The position numbers and the translations under genes were made by a program. Below are positions 25,567-39,952 of a stretch of 64,000 bases of DNA, in pieces. Under the pieces are notes generated by a model. That model saw nothing but the letters and a program-made list of their open reading frames with translations, ran no database searches and had not been told where the DNA came from. The stretch is from Eledone cirrhosa. Taxonomy: Eukaryota. Position 1 is the first letter of the stretch. Every line of letters starts with the position of its first letter. The DNA is taken from assembly GCA_964016885.1 (NCBI GenBank), contig OZ024742.1:364312001-364376000 (forward strand), read 5' to 3'.

Positions 25567-28500
25567 AATGGCGACCGTTGTGGTCAGTGTCCGATAATCG
25601 GACGTGAGTAATTACGGCTTACATGAAGGCAACATACCATATATTGGAAAAAGTTGAGCTACATTACGCGGTAAGATTACATACAATAATTCTACATAAG
25701 TGTTTGAACTGTAAGCGTGTTGTAAAACACCTATTTATATGAACGATACATACACTTATGATATATGAACGATACATACACTTTAACATATAAATGCAAC
25801 GTTGTTATATTACATTTATAAAGAAATATACAAGTAACTTTTTCGATTCAGAAACAAAAACATAAGTTTTTGAACTGTGAATATGTTGTGAATAAGTTGT
25901 AGAACACCTATTTATATGAATGATACATAAACTTTAACGTATAAATACCGCGTTGTTATATTATATTACATTCATAAAGGAATATACTAAGTAACGGTTC
26001 TTTTTGTTCTCGATTCAAACGATTCAAGAACAACGTTTAAAACACAGTTGTAGAATTAAAAACTAACTGAAAAGAAATATTACCCAAGCTGTGAATAACA
26101 TTAAATTTGATTCTGACAGAACTTTGTCGAAACTTTTAAAGAAGATCATCGACTATTTTGAAAAATAAATACGAAATATTAGTGAATAGACGAACTCATC
26201 ATGGCAAAAAGTACAAGTCTCCTTCGACCAAATCGCAACTACAACCGTTGTATACAGTGGAGCTACGAGCTTAACAAGGTATTATATGAAGCATACAAAC
26301 AATCTGAACCCCAAAAGTTCGGTTTTATACAAAGGCTAAAAACTTTATGGAACTCCAAATACCCAGAATTAGACTTTTCTCAAAAGCATTTAAATGAACA
26401 GGCAAAACGCATCATTAGATGTAAATTGATACATCTAACGGAATTGAGTGATGCTACAAATACAGCCCTTGTAGACAACCACCCCACCTCCACTGACAGA
26501 CAAAGAGAATGGCCAGCTAAATCTAACAGTGAACAGCTCACCAACAATTTTGCTGAAATCCATCCCACTTCTACTGAAGAACAGCGAGAAAGGTCAGCTA
26601 ACTCTAGTAGTAATTGTCACCACATCAACAACGAGGCTGAAATTCATGACTCTACTGAACAAACAGAGCACCAAAGACTTGTGGACACCCTACAAGTGAT
26701 ATGGAACGATATGTTTCAAGAGATACACAACCTTAATGTGAGTGACAGACCATACAACAGCAGAATCAGTAAAGAACCTACTAAAAACCTATTGGAATTG
26801 GAAGCGGTGAACGAAATAGCTGGCAATTATCTGAAGGCTATACGATCTAAAGGTGTAGAAACGACATTTGAAACGCTTAATGTTTTGTTATATGTTTCAG
26901 CTGTCATATTGCTATCATATAACACACATCTAAAACCACGCAATCAAGATACAAACAGAAAGCCTGAACCAGCGTGGATGCGAAATTTAAAAACCCAAAT
27001 GTTGTCCCTGAGACGAAGTATCTCACACATCGCAGTCGTTATGAAATGCAACATAGAGAGCAACTTCATACGACACCAGGAAGACCTAAAGAAAAAGTTA
27101 GAGAGACGATTTGGAGATACAAAATTAAAAACTTTGAACTCCAAATTACACCAGTTGAAACAACAACTCACAGCTACAACAGAAAGTCTAAAATATAAGT
27201 CAACAGCACATAAACGACAAGTGCTAAATAGATTGATTGCCAGAGATCCTAAATCAGTTTATCGCAGCTTAGGTGGCAAAAGCTCAATCCCTGTAAATGA
27301 CACCCCTTCAAAAGAACAGGTTGAGAGCTACTGGAGATCTGTATGGGAAACGGATGACGGATTCAACAGACAAGCTAATTGGCTAAAAGAACTGGAACAG
27401 GACTACTGCCAACATGTCCAGATAAAACAATATGACATAGATGGGTCAATACTGTAAACAGCTCTACAGAAAATGTCGAATAGGAAATCGCCAGGCCCAG
27501 ACCTCATTACAGGATACTGGTTGAAGAATTTCACTTTCTATCGGCAAGATCCCATACGGCTGTTTACAGAAACCATTAAAGGCACACAAGAACTGCCCAG
27601 ATGGTTATCAACTGCCACTACTCTCCTCATTCCCCAAAATAGTCAAACCACCCTTGCTAAAATTTACCGCCCAATAGCCTGCCAAAACATCATGTATAAA
27701 TTATATAATGGGTGCTTTAACCTGTTCTTACAGGATCACTGTGCTACCAACAACATCATAACACCTGAGCAAGCTGGTGGAAAGAGGGAGGTGTGGGGTT
27801 ACATAGATCACCTACTAACTAAGAAAATGATTCAGGAAAAAACAACAAAGTATCGCAGAAACATGACTGTGGTGTGGCTGGACTATCAACAAGCATTTGA
27901 TAGTGTACCTCATGGGTGGATTATTAGGGCTTTACAGTTAGTTAAAGTCCCACAACCATTGGTAGCTGCTGTTGAACGCCTGACCAAGAACTAGTACACC
28001 AATTTGATCCTTAGAGGTGAGAAGGAGCAAGTTAAGACTGATAAGATACATTACCAGAAGGGCATCTTTCAGGGTGATAGCTTGTCAGTGCTACGCTTCG
28101 TTCTCTCACTGAATCCACTATCTTACCTACTCAGGAAACAAGGTGGACAAAGAAGTGGGCCCAGAAGTATCTCTCATCTTTTCTTTGTTGATGACCTGAA
28201 GTTGTATGGGCCAAATATCAATGACATCAAGAAACAATTGGACCTCATTACACAATTTTCAACCGACATCAAAAGGAAATTTGGTGAGTCCAAGTGTGCA
28301 TATTTGGCAGTAAAACGTGGAAGAGCTGTGCCCTCCTCTAGAAATCTAGAGATGAACGGCCTGACAATACAACCTCTGCAGTCAGGTGACAACTACAGAT
28401 ATCTTGGACAGGATGAGAATGTCAGATATGATGGACCCATAAATAAGGAGAGAACCAGAACTGAATACCTCAGAAGAGTAAAGAAAGTATGGTCATCAGA

Positions 28501-29793
28501 ACTGTCAGCATACAACAAATACATTGCCCACAATACTTATGCTGTGCCAATTCTAACGCCAACATTTGGCCTGCTGAACTGGTCATTGCAAGAACTAAGT
28601 GAGATGGATGTTAGAACTCGAAAACTTCTCAGTGTTACTGGGAACTTTAACATCAATGGTGATGTGGATAGGCTATACTTATCACGCAAGGAAGGTGGCC
28701 GGTGTCTAAAATCAATATTAACAACATATGAGACCCGGATAGTAACACTGAAGCAACACCTTCAACAGAGGAAAAAGGTTGGCAACCATCTTGCCCAGGT
28801 TTATGAGCATGAAAAAAAAAAATCATTAGAATAGCGACTGATCTGGAGGAGAGATATGGAATAAAGCCTGATATAAATCTCTCACCCAGAGAAATCGGAA
28901 GATCCTATTCAATGTTCAAACAAGATAAAAAAATTGACCAATTTATAGAAAAAGTTGTGCATGGATACTTGAGGCGTAAAACACAGACCATAGAGGGGAT
29001 AAACCACTCAAAAAGCTTGGCATGGAGTTCCGACAAGTTTATGATATCACACCTTGAGGGATATCTCTATGCAATACAGGAACAAGAACTCCCTACCAAA
29101 TATCTGCTGCACAAAAGAGGAGGGCCAGCAGCTGACAATAAATGTAGGCTATGTAAAACAAAGATCGAGGATGTAAGTCACATTGTTGCCAGCTGCGAAA
29201 GAATGTCATCTCGCTACTACCTCCATATGAGACACGATGGGATAGCTAGAACCATCTGGAACGCACTTCGGAAAACAAAATTAACAACAAACGAGGAGGA
29301 ATATATTGAGACAGATGGCACTAAGGAATACTGGTGGAACCTGAAAATAAAAACTGCCACCAAATTAAAGCACAACCGGCCTGATATTGTTGTTTGGGAC
29401 CACACATTGAAAACGTGTTCTGTTGTGGAGATCAGCTGCCCACTTGATGTAAACATTGTCAGAAAAATACAGGAGAAGGAGAACATCTACGGACCATTGA
29501 TGAGGAGTTTACAAATCCAGTATCCAAGATACACCTTTAGCTTCATACCCATCATTATTGGAGCTACGGGTTATATACCAACCCGCTTGGACCAAAGTAT
29601 GACTGAACTTGGATTTGCGGACAAAAAGCGCAGCTCCCTAATTCATAGTCTACAAATTGCTGCGATAGCTGGCACCTTCAAAATTTGCAAAACGTTCTTG
29701 CGATTCAAGGGATGACAATTTCTTTTCTTTTACAACCTTGCCACCAGGAAGGTGGCCGGTCAAAAAAATATACTCGAAATTAAGAGAAAGAGA
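25567..29793 (+). mobile_element. R4/Dong-clade non-LTR retrotransposon family A, near full length
   Basis: ACAT flanks; 5'UTR with an internal duplication of about 150 bp (25694-25995); single disrupted ORF. Confidence 0.92.
26201..29715 (+). pseudogene. R4/Dong ORF: N-terminal domain, RT, CCHC finger, REL endonuclease; stops and a frameshift
   Basis: KSPGPD, YRPIAC, WLDYQQAFDSVPH, GIFQGDSLS, FVDDLKLY, CRLC..H..C, RHD, RPDIVVWD..EISCP..K..Y. Confidence 0.92.
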
Positions 29794-29870
29794 TACATAT
29801 ATACATACATACATACATACATACATACATACATACATACATACATACATACATACATACATACATACAT

Positions 29871-30827
29871 AGTAGTCTATCTTGGACCAACAACCGCTAT
29901 ATGGGCTCCCACTTTGAAGGATACGCTTTTGCAATCCAAGAACAGGAGATTAGCACGAAATACCTGATTCACAAAAGAGATAGGGATACAGGCAAAACAC
30001 CTAGATGTGATAACAAGTGCAGACTCTGCAGAACTAACATCGAGGATATCACCCATGTCATCAGCAGTTGCCCATAGATGTCATCGCGGTACTATCTACC
30101 TATGAGGCATGATGTAGTGGCCAAACACTGTACAATGCAGTTCGTAAAAAGGATAGCCCCGATAATAAACACATTAAAAGCTACAACAATGTGGAAGACA
30201 TCCATGTACAAAATATGAAAGAGTATTGGTGGAATGTTCCAGTAAAAACCCCAATAAAATGCAGGCATAACAGACCAGATATTATGATATGGGACAGGGA
30301 GAAGAAAATATGCACAGTAGTGTAAATTAGCTGCCCAGCAGATGCCAATATAATATCATAGATTAGTGAAAAGGAGAATATTTATGCAGAACTGTTGAGA
30401 AATCTGCAGATACTCCACCCTGATTACACCTTCAGATTAATGCCTGTGATTATTGGGGCACTGGGGTGTGTTAGTAACTGCCTCAATACAAATCTTGAGA
30501 AGCTAGGCTTCACAGGAACAGAAAGAACACAACTAGTTAGGAAACTACAAGTACAGTCCATTAATGGAACAGTAAAAATATGTAAAACATTCCAAAGATT
30601 TTGCATCTAATAACTGCATATACACATGTACAGATACAAAGCATACACACATGCACACATACAACTCAAAATATACACATCCACACATACAATAACATCC
30701 ATATCTACACATGCAGACATGCAGACATATCTACCTAGTTGATGTCGAATGAGAGAGTCTTGTGTCTATGTTAGAAACCGACTCTCTCTCTATTGGTAAA
30801 CATTTGGGAAATTATAAAACCAGAAGT
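29871..30827 (+). mobile_element. 5'-truncated R4/Dong family B fragment
   Basis: Matches about 45637-46606. Confidence 0.92.
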
Positions 30828-31032
30828 ACATTCATATATACATACATACATACATACATACATACATACATACATACATTCATACATACATACATACATA
30901 CATACATACATACATACATACATACATTCATACATACATACATACATACATTCATACATACATACATTCATACATACATACATACATACATACATACATA
31001 CATACATACATACATACATACATACATTCATA

Positions 31033-31440
31033 CATGGTGGCTGCCAACTCGTTTTCGAGTACGGCCACTACTTTATATCCGTGTAGGAGAACCCCTACCG
31101 ATGCGCTGAACGAGTGTGACTTTTTAGTCCAGCCAGCGACTTGAAAACTCTGGTACAGACACTACACTTGTGACAATTATTGACACATAGTGCTGGGCCC
31201 ATGGTACCATGTGATGACAAGTGCAGAGAGATCTCCAGATATAAAGCAATGCCTGTGCCGTGAAGCTTTTATAGTGGGCAAAGGTACTGCACAAAGCCAG
31301 TTCTACTCTCTTAACCAAGATGATATTTACCAAAAAGAACAAGTCAACATCATTGGATACCATCAGAGTTGCAGGTGTTATATCAGAGTTTTCCTTCTCC
31401 TAGAATTCTGCCTTGACAAAGGCTAAGGGGTCATCTCTCC
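31033..31440 (-). mobile_element. Bipartite RTE derivative, 5'-truncated
   Basis: Matches 19740-20148; between two long ACAT tracts. Confidence 0.87.
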
Positions 31441-31867
31441 CATACATACATACATACATACATACATACATACATACATACATGCATGCATGCATGCATA
31501 CATTCATACATACATTCATACATACATTCATGCATACATTCATACATACATACATTCATACATACATACATACGTACATACATGCATACATACATTCATG
31601 CATACATACATTCATACATGCATACATACATACATACATACATACATACATACATACATACATACATACATACATACATACATACATACATTCATAAGAG
31701 AGTATTGAAGTTTGCTTGAAGCCTTGTGGAGTAATAAGATTTATTTTCTTTTGGTCGTTTTGGAAGCCTCAACAATGCAGATGGTAAATTCTCCGGTAGT
31801 GAAGAGAGAGATGTAAGGGAATGTAGAATGAGATGTATACATACATACATACATTCAAACATACATA

Positions 31868-34800
31868 CATGATGGCTGCCCCCTCGTTATCGAGTATGGA
31901 CATTGCACGAGAAAAAAAAAGTAAGAACAAAAAATATATATATATATACATACACACACACATATACATACACATATATTAATAACAACAATAATAATAA
32001 TAATAATAACAACAATAATAATAACGACAACAACAACAATAATAATATAGATATACATATATATATACACACACACGCACACACATAAACATATCTATAC
32101 ACACACACACACGATAACAACTAACAGAGCTGCGATCGAATGTGGCCCAGCCAATGATCTAAAATGTCTTGCACAGTGTCGGCAATCAAAACATTCACTG
32201 GGAATAGCCAGCTGTGGTTGGAGTTCGTGTACTTTTACATGTCGCTTGAGCCCTCCTGCTGATTTACATTCTCTACCACATGTTTGGCAAGCATGATGAG
32301 TAGCATCTCCAACAGCAGCCTGGTAGTCAACCACTGGTCTTACTTTATGACTGCGAAGATGACTTTCGAGTCCAGCTTTGCTTAGGCAGAGTCTCGCACA
32401 GACGCTGCATGTCAGCACCATAGGAGGACCTTCGCCGTCTGGAAGTGCAACAGCAATGCCCTTCCTCATATCCCGCTTTACTTTCTCGTATGCGATTCGA
32501 GATGCCTCAAAGGCAACTTTTCCCTCATATACAGTCTTTCTCTATTTATTACGATCAGCAGCAATATTTTCCCATGTATCAGCAGGGATGTTAGCGTCTT
32601 CCAGAGAGGCTTTCAAGGAATCCTTATACCTCTTTTTTGGTTTATGTGGCGGTCGTTTTCCTTTAACTAACTCCCCATAAAAGAGTTATTTTGTTATTCT
32701 AGAATCCTTCATCCTGGCAAGGTGACCACTCCAACGGAGTCGTTGCTTAACCACAAGAGCTTCTATACTGTCACACATAGAGCTTTCCAAAATCTCGACA
32801 TCTGATGTGGTCCCTCCAGTGAACGCCATGGATGCGTCTGAGAAACATCTGAGGGAAACGCTCCAATTGCTTAAGGTGGTGTCGATATGTGACCCAGGTC
32901 TCGCAGGCATAAAGAAGACAAGAGAGCACACATGCCTTGTACAACTTTAAGTTTGTCCTCCTGCATATGTCTCGCCGACCCCAGAGTCGCCTTTCTAGCT
33001 TTCCGAAAGCATCACTTGCTTTCCTAATCCTAAATGAGATTTCACTATCAAGGTTGCTGTATCGATTGACAGTGCTTCCCAGGTAGACAAACTGATCGAC
33101 CACTCCAAGTCGTTTACCATACACATTGATATTTGGTTCAGTGTACTGATTACCAGGGGCAGGTAGGTACATGACGACGGTTTTCTTGAGACTGACAGTC
33201 AATCCTAGTGCAGTGCAAGCGTCAGAAAATGCATTCAAAATGTGCTGCATATCACTCTCTGTGTGCGCTACAAGCTCGCAATCATCTGCATACAAGAGGT
33301 CTCTTTTGATTGATGTAAATACTTTTGTCTTTGCACCAAAGCGCCTGATGTTAAATATGCTGCCTGAGGTTCGATATCGGATGTAAACACCATGCTCGCA
33401 ATTCCTGAATGCAATACAGAAAACCATTGCAAAGTATATGGCAAACAGGGTTGGTCCTGGAATATCCCCCTGTTTCACTCCATGTTTTACTGAGATAGGC
33501 TCCGACATGTTACCTCCGACATTAACCTTAAGCCTTCATGTCGTCATGGAAAGACCTAACTAAAGCAAGGAACTTATCAGGGCAACCAGGTTTCAGGAGA
33601 ACCTTCCATAATGCATCTCTGTTAACAGTATCGAAAGCTTTTGTCAGATCGACAAAAACCTGATACAGATCCAAACCTTGTTCCATGCACTTCTCCTGGA
33701 TCTGTCTAGCTGAGAAGGTCATATCAGTATTGCTGCGTCCAGCACGAAAACCAGATTGACTTTTAGGAAGAACACAATCTGCAGACGGTCCAGAAGCTGC
33801 CTACATAAAACTTTCCCTACGACAGAAAGAAATGATATACCTCTGTAGTTCCCACAATCATTCCTGTTACCCTTTCCCTTGTACAAGACCACCATTACTG
33901 CATCTCTCCAGTCCTCAGGTACGGATTCATTAGCCCATATCCTGCCAAACAAAGAGTGAAGATGTTGCAGGAGTCTCTCACCACCATATTGTAGGAGCTC
34001 AGCATGTATGCCATCCATACCAGGAGACCTTCCACTGTTCAGCTTCGAGATAGCCACTGCAACCTCCACAAGCGCCGGTGGTTCTGCGAGAGCTACTTTC
34101 ACAGGATTTTCTGGAATGAGATTGAGGAAATCTTCACTAACGATAGACGGCTGATTCAAAAGATCATCAAAGTGCTCTCGCCACCTTCGTAGAATTCCTT
34201 GTGAGTCAAGAAGAAGTTCTCTGCCATCCTTGCTGCGAAGCGGTGTCACCAGAGAAGAAGACGGTCCATAAACCTCACGCAAGAGACTGTACAACAGCTT
34301 TGTGTTATTGGAATCTGACACAGTTTGTATCTCAGCAGCCTTCTCACTCCACCACTGATCCTTCATCTGAGAAAGACTCCGCCTAACACGTGATTTTACA
34401 TCCTTGAGTTCCTCATGCAACGTATTCCTTTCCTGTGGTTTTGCCGTCAAGTAGCGTGACAGAACACGCCTCTTATCAGCCAACAAGTCTTCTATATGTA
34501 CATCATTCTCATTAAACTAGTCCTGATGTTTTCTCTGCACCAATCCTAGAACACGCCTGCCTACATCATAAACCGACTTTTTAAGGGTCGGCCAATCCTC
34601 ACCAAGATCTGCAGCCATCATCTCTTCTTCCAATGTCCTCTTCACATTTTTCTCCTTAAGACGAGCATCATTCAATCTTTTGGGCAGGGCAACACCAGGA
34701 GCCCGGATTTTACGTTTAGTGATTAGTTTCACTTTTGCGCGTACCAGGCGGTGGTCCGTCCAGCACTCAGCTCCACGAAGAGCACGAACACACTGCACAT

Positions 34801-35964
34801 TCTGTCTGTCACGCATCCTGACTAGGACGTAGTCCAAAAGATGTCATTCCTTAGATGCAGGTTGCATCCATGTGGTCTTGAATTTGTTCTTTTGTTGGAA
34901 CATGGTGTTGGTAACACACAGATCCAGCTCCTCACACATCTGCAGCAGGAGCATACCATTGTTGTTACACTTTCCCACCCCATGACTTCCGATTACATTC
35001 CATGTGTTAAAATCCCTACCCACTCTAGCATTAAAGTCACCAAGCACGATGACTTTGTCTGCCTGAGGGATATTTCTGAAAACACCTTTCAAGACATGGT
35101 AAAAGGACACTTTTTCTTCATCGACAGAATTCATAGTTGGAGCATACACACTCACCAGGGTCGCATATCTTCCTTTGTCCAGCGGAATTCTCATGGACGT
35201 AAGACGCTCACTAATCCCTACTGGGAATTCTTCTAATTTATTCACAAGAACAGTCTTAACAGCAAATCCTACCCCAGCCTCTCTTCTTGTTCCTTCATCT
35301 CTTCCTTTCCAGAAGAATGTATATTCTCCACAAAATTCTGTAAGATGACCATCTCCAGCTAACCTCGTCACAGATAAGGCCACGATGTCAAGATCGTAAC
35401 GTCGAAGCTCCTTTGCAACAAGAGCGGTCCCTCGTTCAGGACGCTCCAAGGAATCCCTGTCAAGCAGCGTCCGTACGTTCCAGCAGCCAAGACTAAATGC
35501 CTTGTTTAGCTCTATTACAATGGCACGATGACGAGCGGGCCGAGGCTGTGATAACCTGGGGCCCCTGCCCTTATTGCCAATTATCTTTTTTGTTCCAGAA
35601 CCTAAATTGCCAATCATCTATTTTATATTGTTCTGGAATATCATTGAATTGGGAAAAAGAAATACACTATTAATAATTATTAATGCAATTGTGCAATGCC
35701 TGTGCGTGACGAATATTTTTAAAGTGAGGAAAGACTGTGCACTGAGCCAATCCCACTCTCTGAGCGACAATAGCTATAACCCGAAAAGAAGAAAAGATCA
35801 ACATCATCGGTAACTACTCAGCCGCAAGTTTTATGTCGGAGTTAACCCAGTTTCCTGAGATGCCTTCTCCTAGAAGAATGCCCTGACATGGGCTAGGGGT
35901 TCTTCACTCCCAATGGTTTAACTGCGCGATCGGGCATCCAGCCCAATTATTTCTGTCCCCGCGC
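31868..35964 (-). mobile_element. Decayed copy of the intact RTE LINE
   Basis: Colinear with 14125-18310 and highly similar, but split into at least seven ORF pieces by stops and indels. Confidence 0.95.
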
Positions 35965-36110
35965 AAAAAAAACTAAAAAAACTCACTTATTGACACTTAT
36001 ACGTACGGCATACACACACGCGCATACATACGCGCGCACACACACGCATACATACGCGCGCACACAGCAACACTCATACATACAAACAAACACACACACG
36101 CTACTCACTT

Positions 36111-36182
<72 letters not shown>

Positions 36183-36183
<1 letters not shown>

Positions 36184-37036
36184 GGAAGATTAATCATATT
36201 ATAAGGTATCTATTTTTGAAGTTCTGGTCAACTTTATTTAGTTACCTACCTAGCTATTTGTGGTTACACACTTGTAAAAATTATCTCCTATGATTATTCA
36301 TGTTTATTTATATGTTAATCAATCTCTAGTTATTATAAAATGCTCGGACCTACTCATTAGAATCTTAGAGCTTACTTTACGGGTGATATGGCGCATGTCT
36401 TTCTGGCATGACACCCATAATTTTGATTTAGATTAAATTCGTTTGATTTATCTTAATTTTGGATATAGATATATAAATACGGCTCCTTAATTGTAGAGCT
36501 AACTCTGTTGAAAGGACTCGACTGCTGTTTCTAGTTGTCGATAACCCTATTCACGCCACTAGGACGAAGCTAGTATGGTATGTGTGTTTCTAGTAAATAC
36601 TACACGTGCTGGCCAGTCGCTGATTTGAACTTGAAGAGTAAACACGGATTGCTAGAAATTTCTTCCTTGTTGAAAATCCAGATCTCAACTTCTGTGCTTT
36701 ACCATCTGATTAATTGGTGAAATATATTTCTTTAATGGAATATATACAGGGAAGATTAATCATATTATAAGGTATCTATTTTTGAAGTTCTGGTCAACTT
36801 TATTTAGTTACCTACCTAGCTATGTGTGGTTACACACTTGTAAAAATTATCTCCTGTGATTATTCCTGTTTATTTATATGTTAATCAATCTTTAGTTATT
36901 ATAAAATGCTCGGACCTACTCGTTAGAATCTTAGAACTTATTTTACGGGTGATATGGCGCATGTCTTTCTGGCATGACACCCATAATTTTGATTTAGATT
37001 AAATTCGTTTGATTTATCTTAATTTTGGATATTGAT
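36183..37036. repeat. 1.5-mer partial tandem of a 566-bp unit in (TA)n
   Basis: gggaagattaatcatattataagg at 36183 and 36749; about 285 bp repeated. Confidence 0.85.
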
Positions 37037-37207
37037 ATATATATATATATATATATAGAGATTTTGAGTTTATGTTGGTTGTATACCAACACCTCAGTAT
37101 GCAGGCTGGAGCACTCGACGAAGTGCGCAGGTTGGTTTGGTTACTCCGGAGTAGTGTAAAATAAAGTTAAATAAAAGTCAAATGATTAAAATTTAGCTTC
37201 GTTTATT

Positions 37208-37262
37208 ACTGCTATATATATTTCAGTGACGGCCATCTTTGGCTGTGACCTCTTCAGGCAGT
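37208..37262 (-). ncRNA. Type I hammerhead ribozyme (mirror copy)
   Basis: Reverse complement of 37491-37545 with one stem II difference. Confidence 0.8.
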
Positions 37263-37490
37263 TTGAATTAGTATGGTATAGACAAGTACATATGTTGTTT
37301 AGGTGTATGATATTGTCAATACTCTGATATGCCCAGTTCCTTGTTGGGTTGTTAATTCACTGGGGAACTGGAGTCATATCTCCAGTTCCCCAGTGAATTA
37401 ACAACCCAACAAGGAACTGGGCATATCAGAGTATTGACAATATCATACACCTAAACAACATATGTACTTGTCTATACCATACTAATTCAA

Positions 37491-37545
37491 ACTGCCTGAA
37501 GAGGTCACAGCCAAAGATGGCTGTCACTGAAATATATATAGCAGT
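37491..37545 (+). ncRNA. Type I hammerhead ribozyme
   Basis: actgc-CTGAAGA-ggtcacagcca aaga tggctgtcact-GAAATATATATA^gcagt; palindromic AU stem III. Confidence 0.82.
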
Positions 37546-37589
37546 AATAAACGAAGCTAAATTTTAATCATTTGACTTTTATTTAACTT

Positions 37590-37650
<61 letters not shown>

Positions 37651-37894
37651 TTTTGCGAGGTTTTTTATATGAAATCGTGTGTCGAAACAAATATTGTTAT
37701 ACTTGGGGAGGGTCATATTTGTGTAATATTGCCAGAATTAATAACAGAACACACTCACTGTTTGGTTGGTTTTCGCTTCTCGCTGTCTTTTATATCGGTA
37801 ATCTAACTTACTCGGTCCTCAATGTTGCCATTGACTGACCGACGGTCAAAAATAATACAGATACAATATTGACACAAACACATATATATAGTTT

Positions 37895-37936
37895 ATCATA
37901 AATCTTTCGTTGCACATCTGCAACATCGTCAGTGGT
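37895..37936 (-). ncRNA. Hammerhead ribozyme in the PLE 3' region
   Basis: acca-CTGACGA-t-gttgca gatg tgcaac-GAAAGATTTA^tgat; perfect 6-bp stem II, one mismatch in stem I. Confidence 0.7.
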
Positions 37937-38170
37937 GTTATATTTTCCTCCTGTTGTGTTGTATGTCTACGCCATTTTTTTTATTCAGTCTGTCTATATA
38001 TTTATTTATTTAATTGCTTGTTTGTTTATTTTATTTTGTCTTCTTTGCGCATGCGTTTGCGTGTGTGTATAGTGTTATGTTTGCTGTGTGGTGGGTGACT
38101 AGTGTGTGTTTATGTGCTTGTTGTTATTGTGCTTGTGTATGTATTTATTTATCTTATTTTATTTACTTAT

Positions 38171-39250
38171 TTATACTTCTCTTAGGTCAGTGTTGTTTGT
38201 TTGGGTGTCATTGTTATTCCATTCATTCTTTCTGTTTAGCTTTGGTCTTCTAATTTCTATTTCACTGGCCTCTCTGATTTGCCTATCTGCTGGGTCATTT
38301 CTATGTTTAGATATTATTCTAATTTCTATGTTGTCTATGTTACCGTCATGTTGTTGTCTCGCATGTTCGTATAGTACTGGCCCGTTTTTTCGTCCTTTTA
38401 GTTCCCCCCAGTGTTGGTCTATCCTTTCACATATGCTACGAGCTGTCTCACCTATGTATGTTGTTGTCATGTTTCTGCAAGTACCCTCTGTACATCTTAT
38501 GCTATAGACTACGTTTCTAGTTTTACAGTTTATCCGGGGGTTCACCTTACATATGATACATTTCCTATTGGTACAGTGGGTTTTCTTAAAAGGGTAGGTT
38601 TTGCTGATCAGGGATTTTATGGTGGTTGCTGGCTTTTCTAGCACCTTTATTTTTAAGTGGGTCTTTCTCAGGGCCTTTCTACACTGGTTAGCTAATTTCT
38701 CTCCAGGGGTGGCGTCCACAAACATGACACTCTGGTATCTCTGGTTGTCGTACCATGATGTGGCTTTCCCTATCTTATGTCTAGCCCTATCTAAGCTATT
38801 CCATGATTTGCTCCTGTATAATGGGCAAATTCCTTTCATGTCCAGTTCTATGAGTGTCTTATACTTTTCCATGGCTCCTTCGTATACTCTGACTCTGTCT
38901 CTTTGGTTGTAGCCAGAGAACTGCATGCGGTTGATGAAGTGTTGGATGTGTCTTTCCATTTCTGTTGGGTCGCACATGCAGGACACATTCTTCATCACTC
39001 GTACCAAATCTGCGATCAGAATATTAAACTTAGCACTACTGGACATTGCTGAGTTTTTGAGTATCAGGTATTTGGAGGCCATGGGTTTAGCATAGTGTGA
39101 GTGGAGAATTTGGGCTCTCTCGTCTATAGTGTTAATCCAGAGTTCTGTGTCTAATACAGGTAGTCTATTGTTAGGGTGTTTGGAAGGGAAGACGATAGTT
39201 ACAGTTATACTCTGGTGTATGGAATTAGCCCTCTGCTGGATGCTTTCCAT
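38171..39250 (-). CDS. C-terminal part of a PLE protein: RT end/thumb, Cys linker, GIY-YIG endonuclease
   Basis: LPVLDTELW, HYAKPMAS, MQFSGY, CTNRKCIIC, RNVVYSIRC..YIGETARSICERIDQH, RQIREA, LNRKNEW; open for 359 aa but lacks the RT core. Confidence 0.85.
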   Translation of the reverse strand: MESIQQRANSIHQSITVTIVFPSKHPNNRLPVLDTELWINTIDERAQILHSHYAKPMASKYLILKNSAMSSSAKFNILIADLVRVMKNVSCMCDPTEMERHIQHFINRMQFSGYNQRDRVRVYEGAMEKYKTLIELDMKGICPLYRSKSWNSLDRARHKIGKATSWYDNQRYQSVMFVDATPGEKLANQCRKALRKTHLKIKVLEKPATTIKSLISKTYPFKKTHCTNRKCIICKVNPRINCKTRNVVYSIRCTEGTCRNMTTTYIGETARSICERIDQHWGELKGRKNGPVLYEHARQQHDGNIDNIEIRIISKHRNDPADRQIREASEIEIRRPKLNRKNEWNNNDTQTNNTDLREV

Positions 39251-39293
39251 CGTGCTACGTTCTAATAACTTGTGTGTTACACCTCTATTCTTT

Positions 39294-39932
<639 letters not shown>

Positions 39933-39952
39933 ATATATATATATATATATAT

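Larger units (their letters stand above)
37057..37596. mobile_element. Fold-back Penelope-derived insert in (TA)n
   Basis: 37157-37373 and 37380-37596 are near-perfect inverted repeats with a 6-nt spacer; the left arm extends about 100 bp further. Confidence 0.9.
37648..39265 (-). mobile_element. 5'-truncated Penelope-like element (Naiad-like by motif impression)
   Basis: Open thumb and GIY-YIG ORF, 3' region with a hammerhead, TA flanks. Confidence 0.88.
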
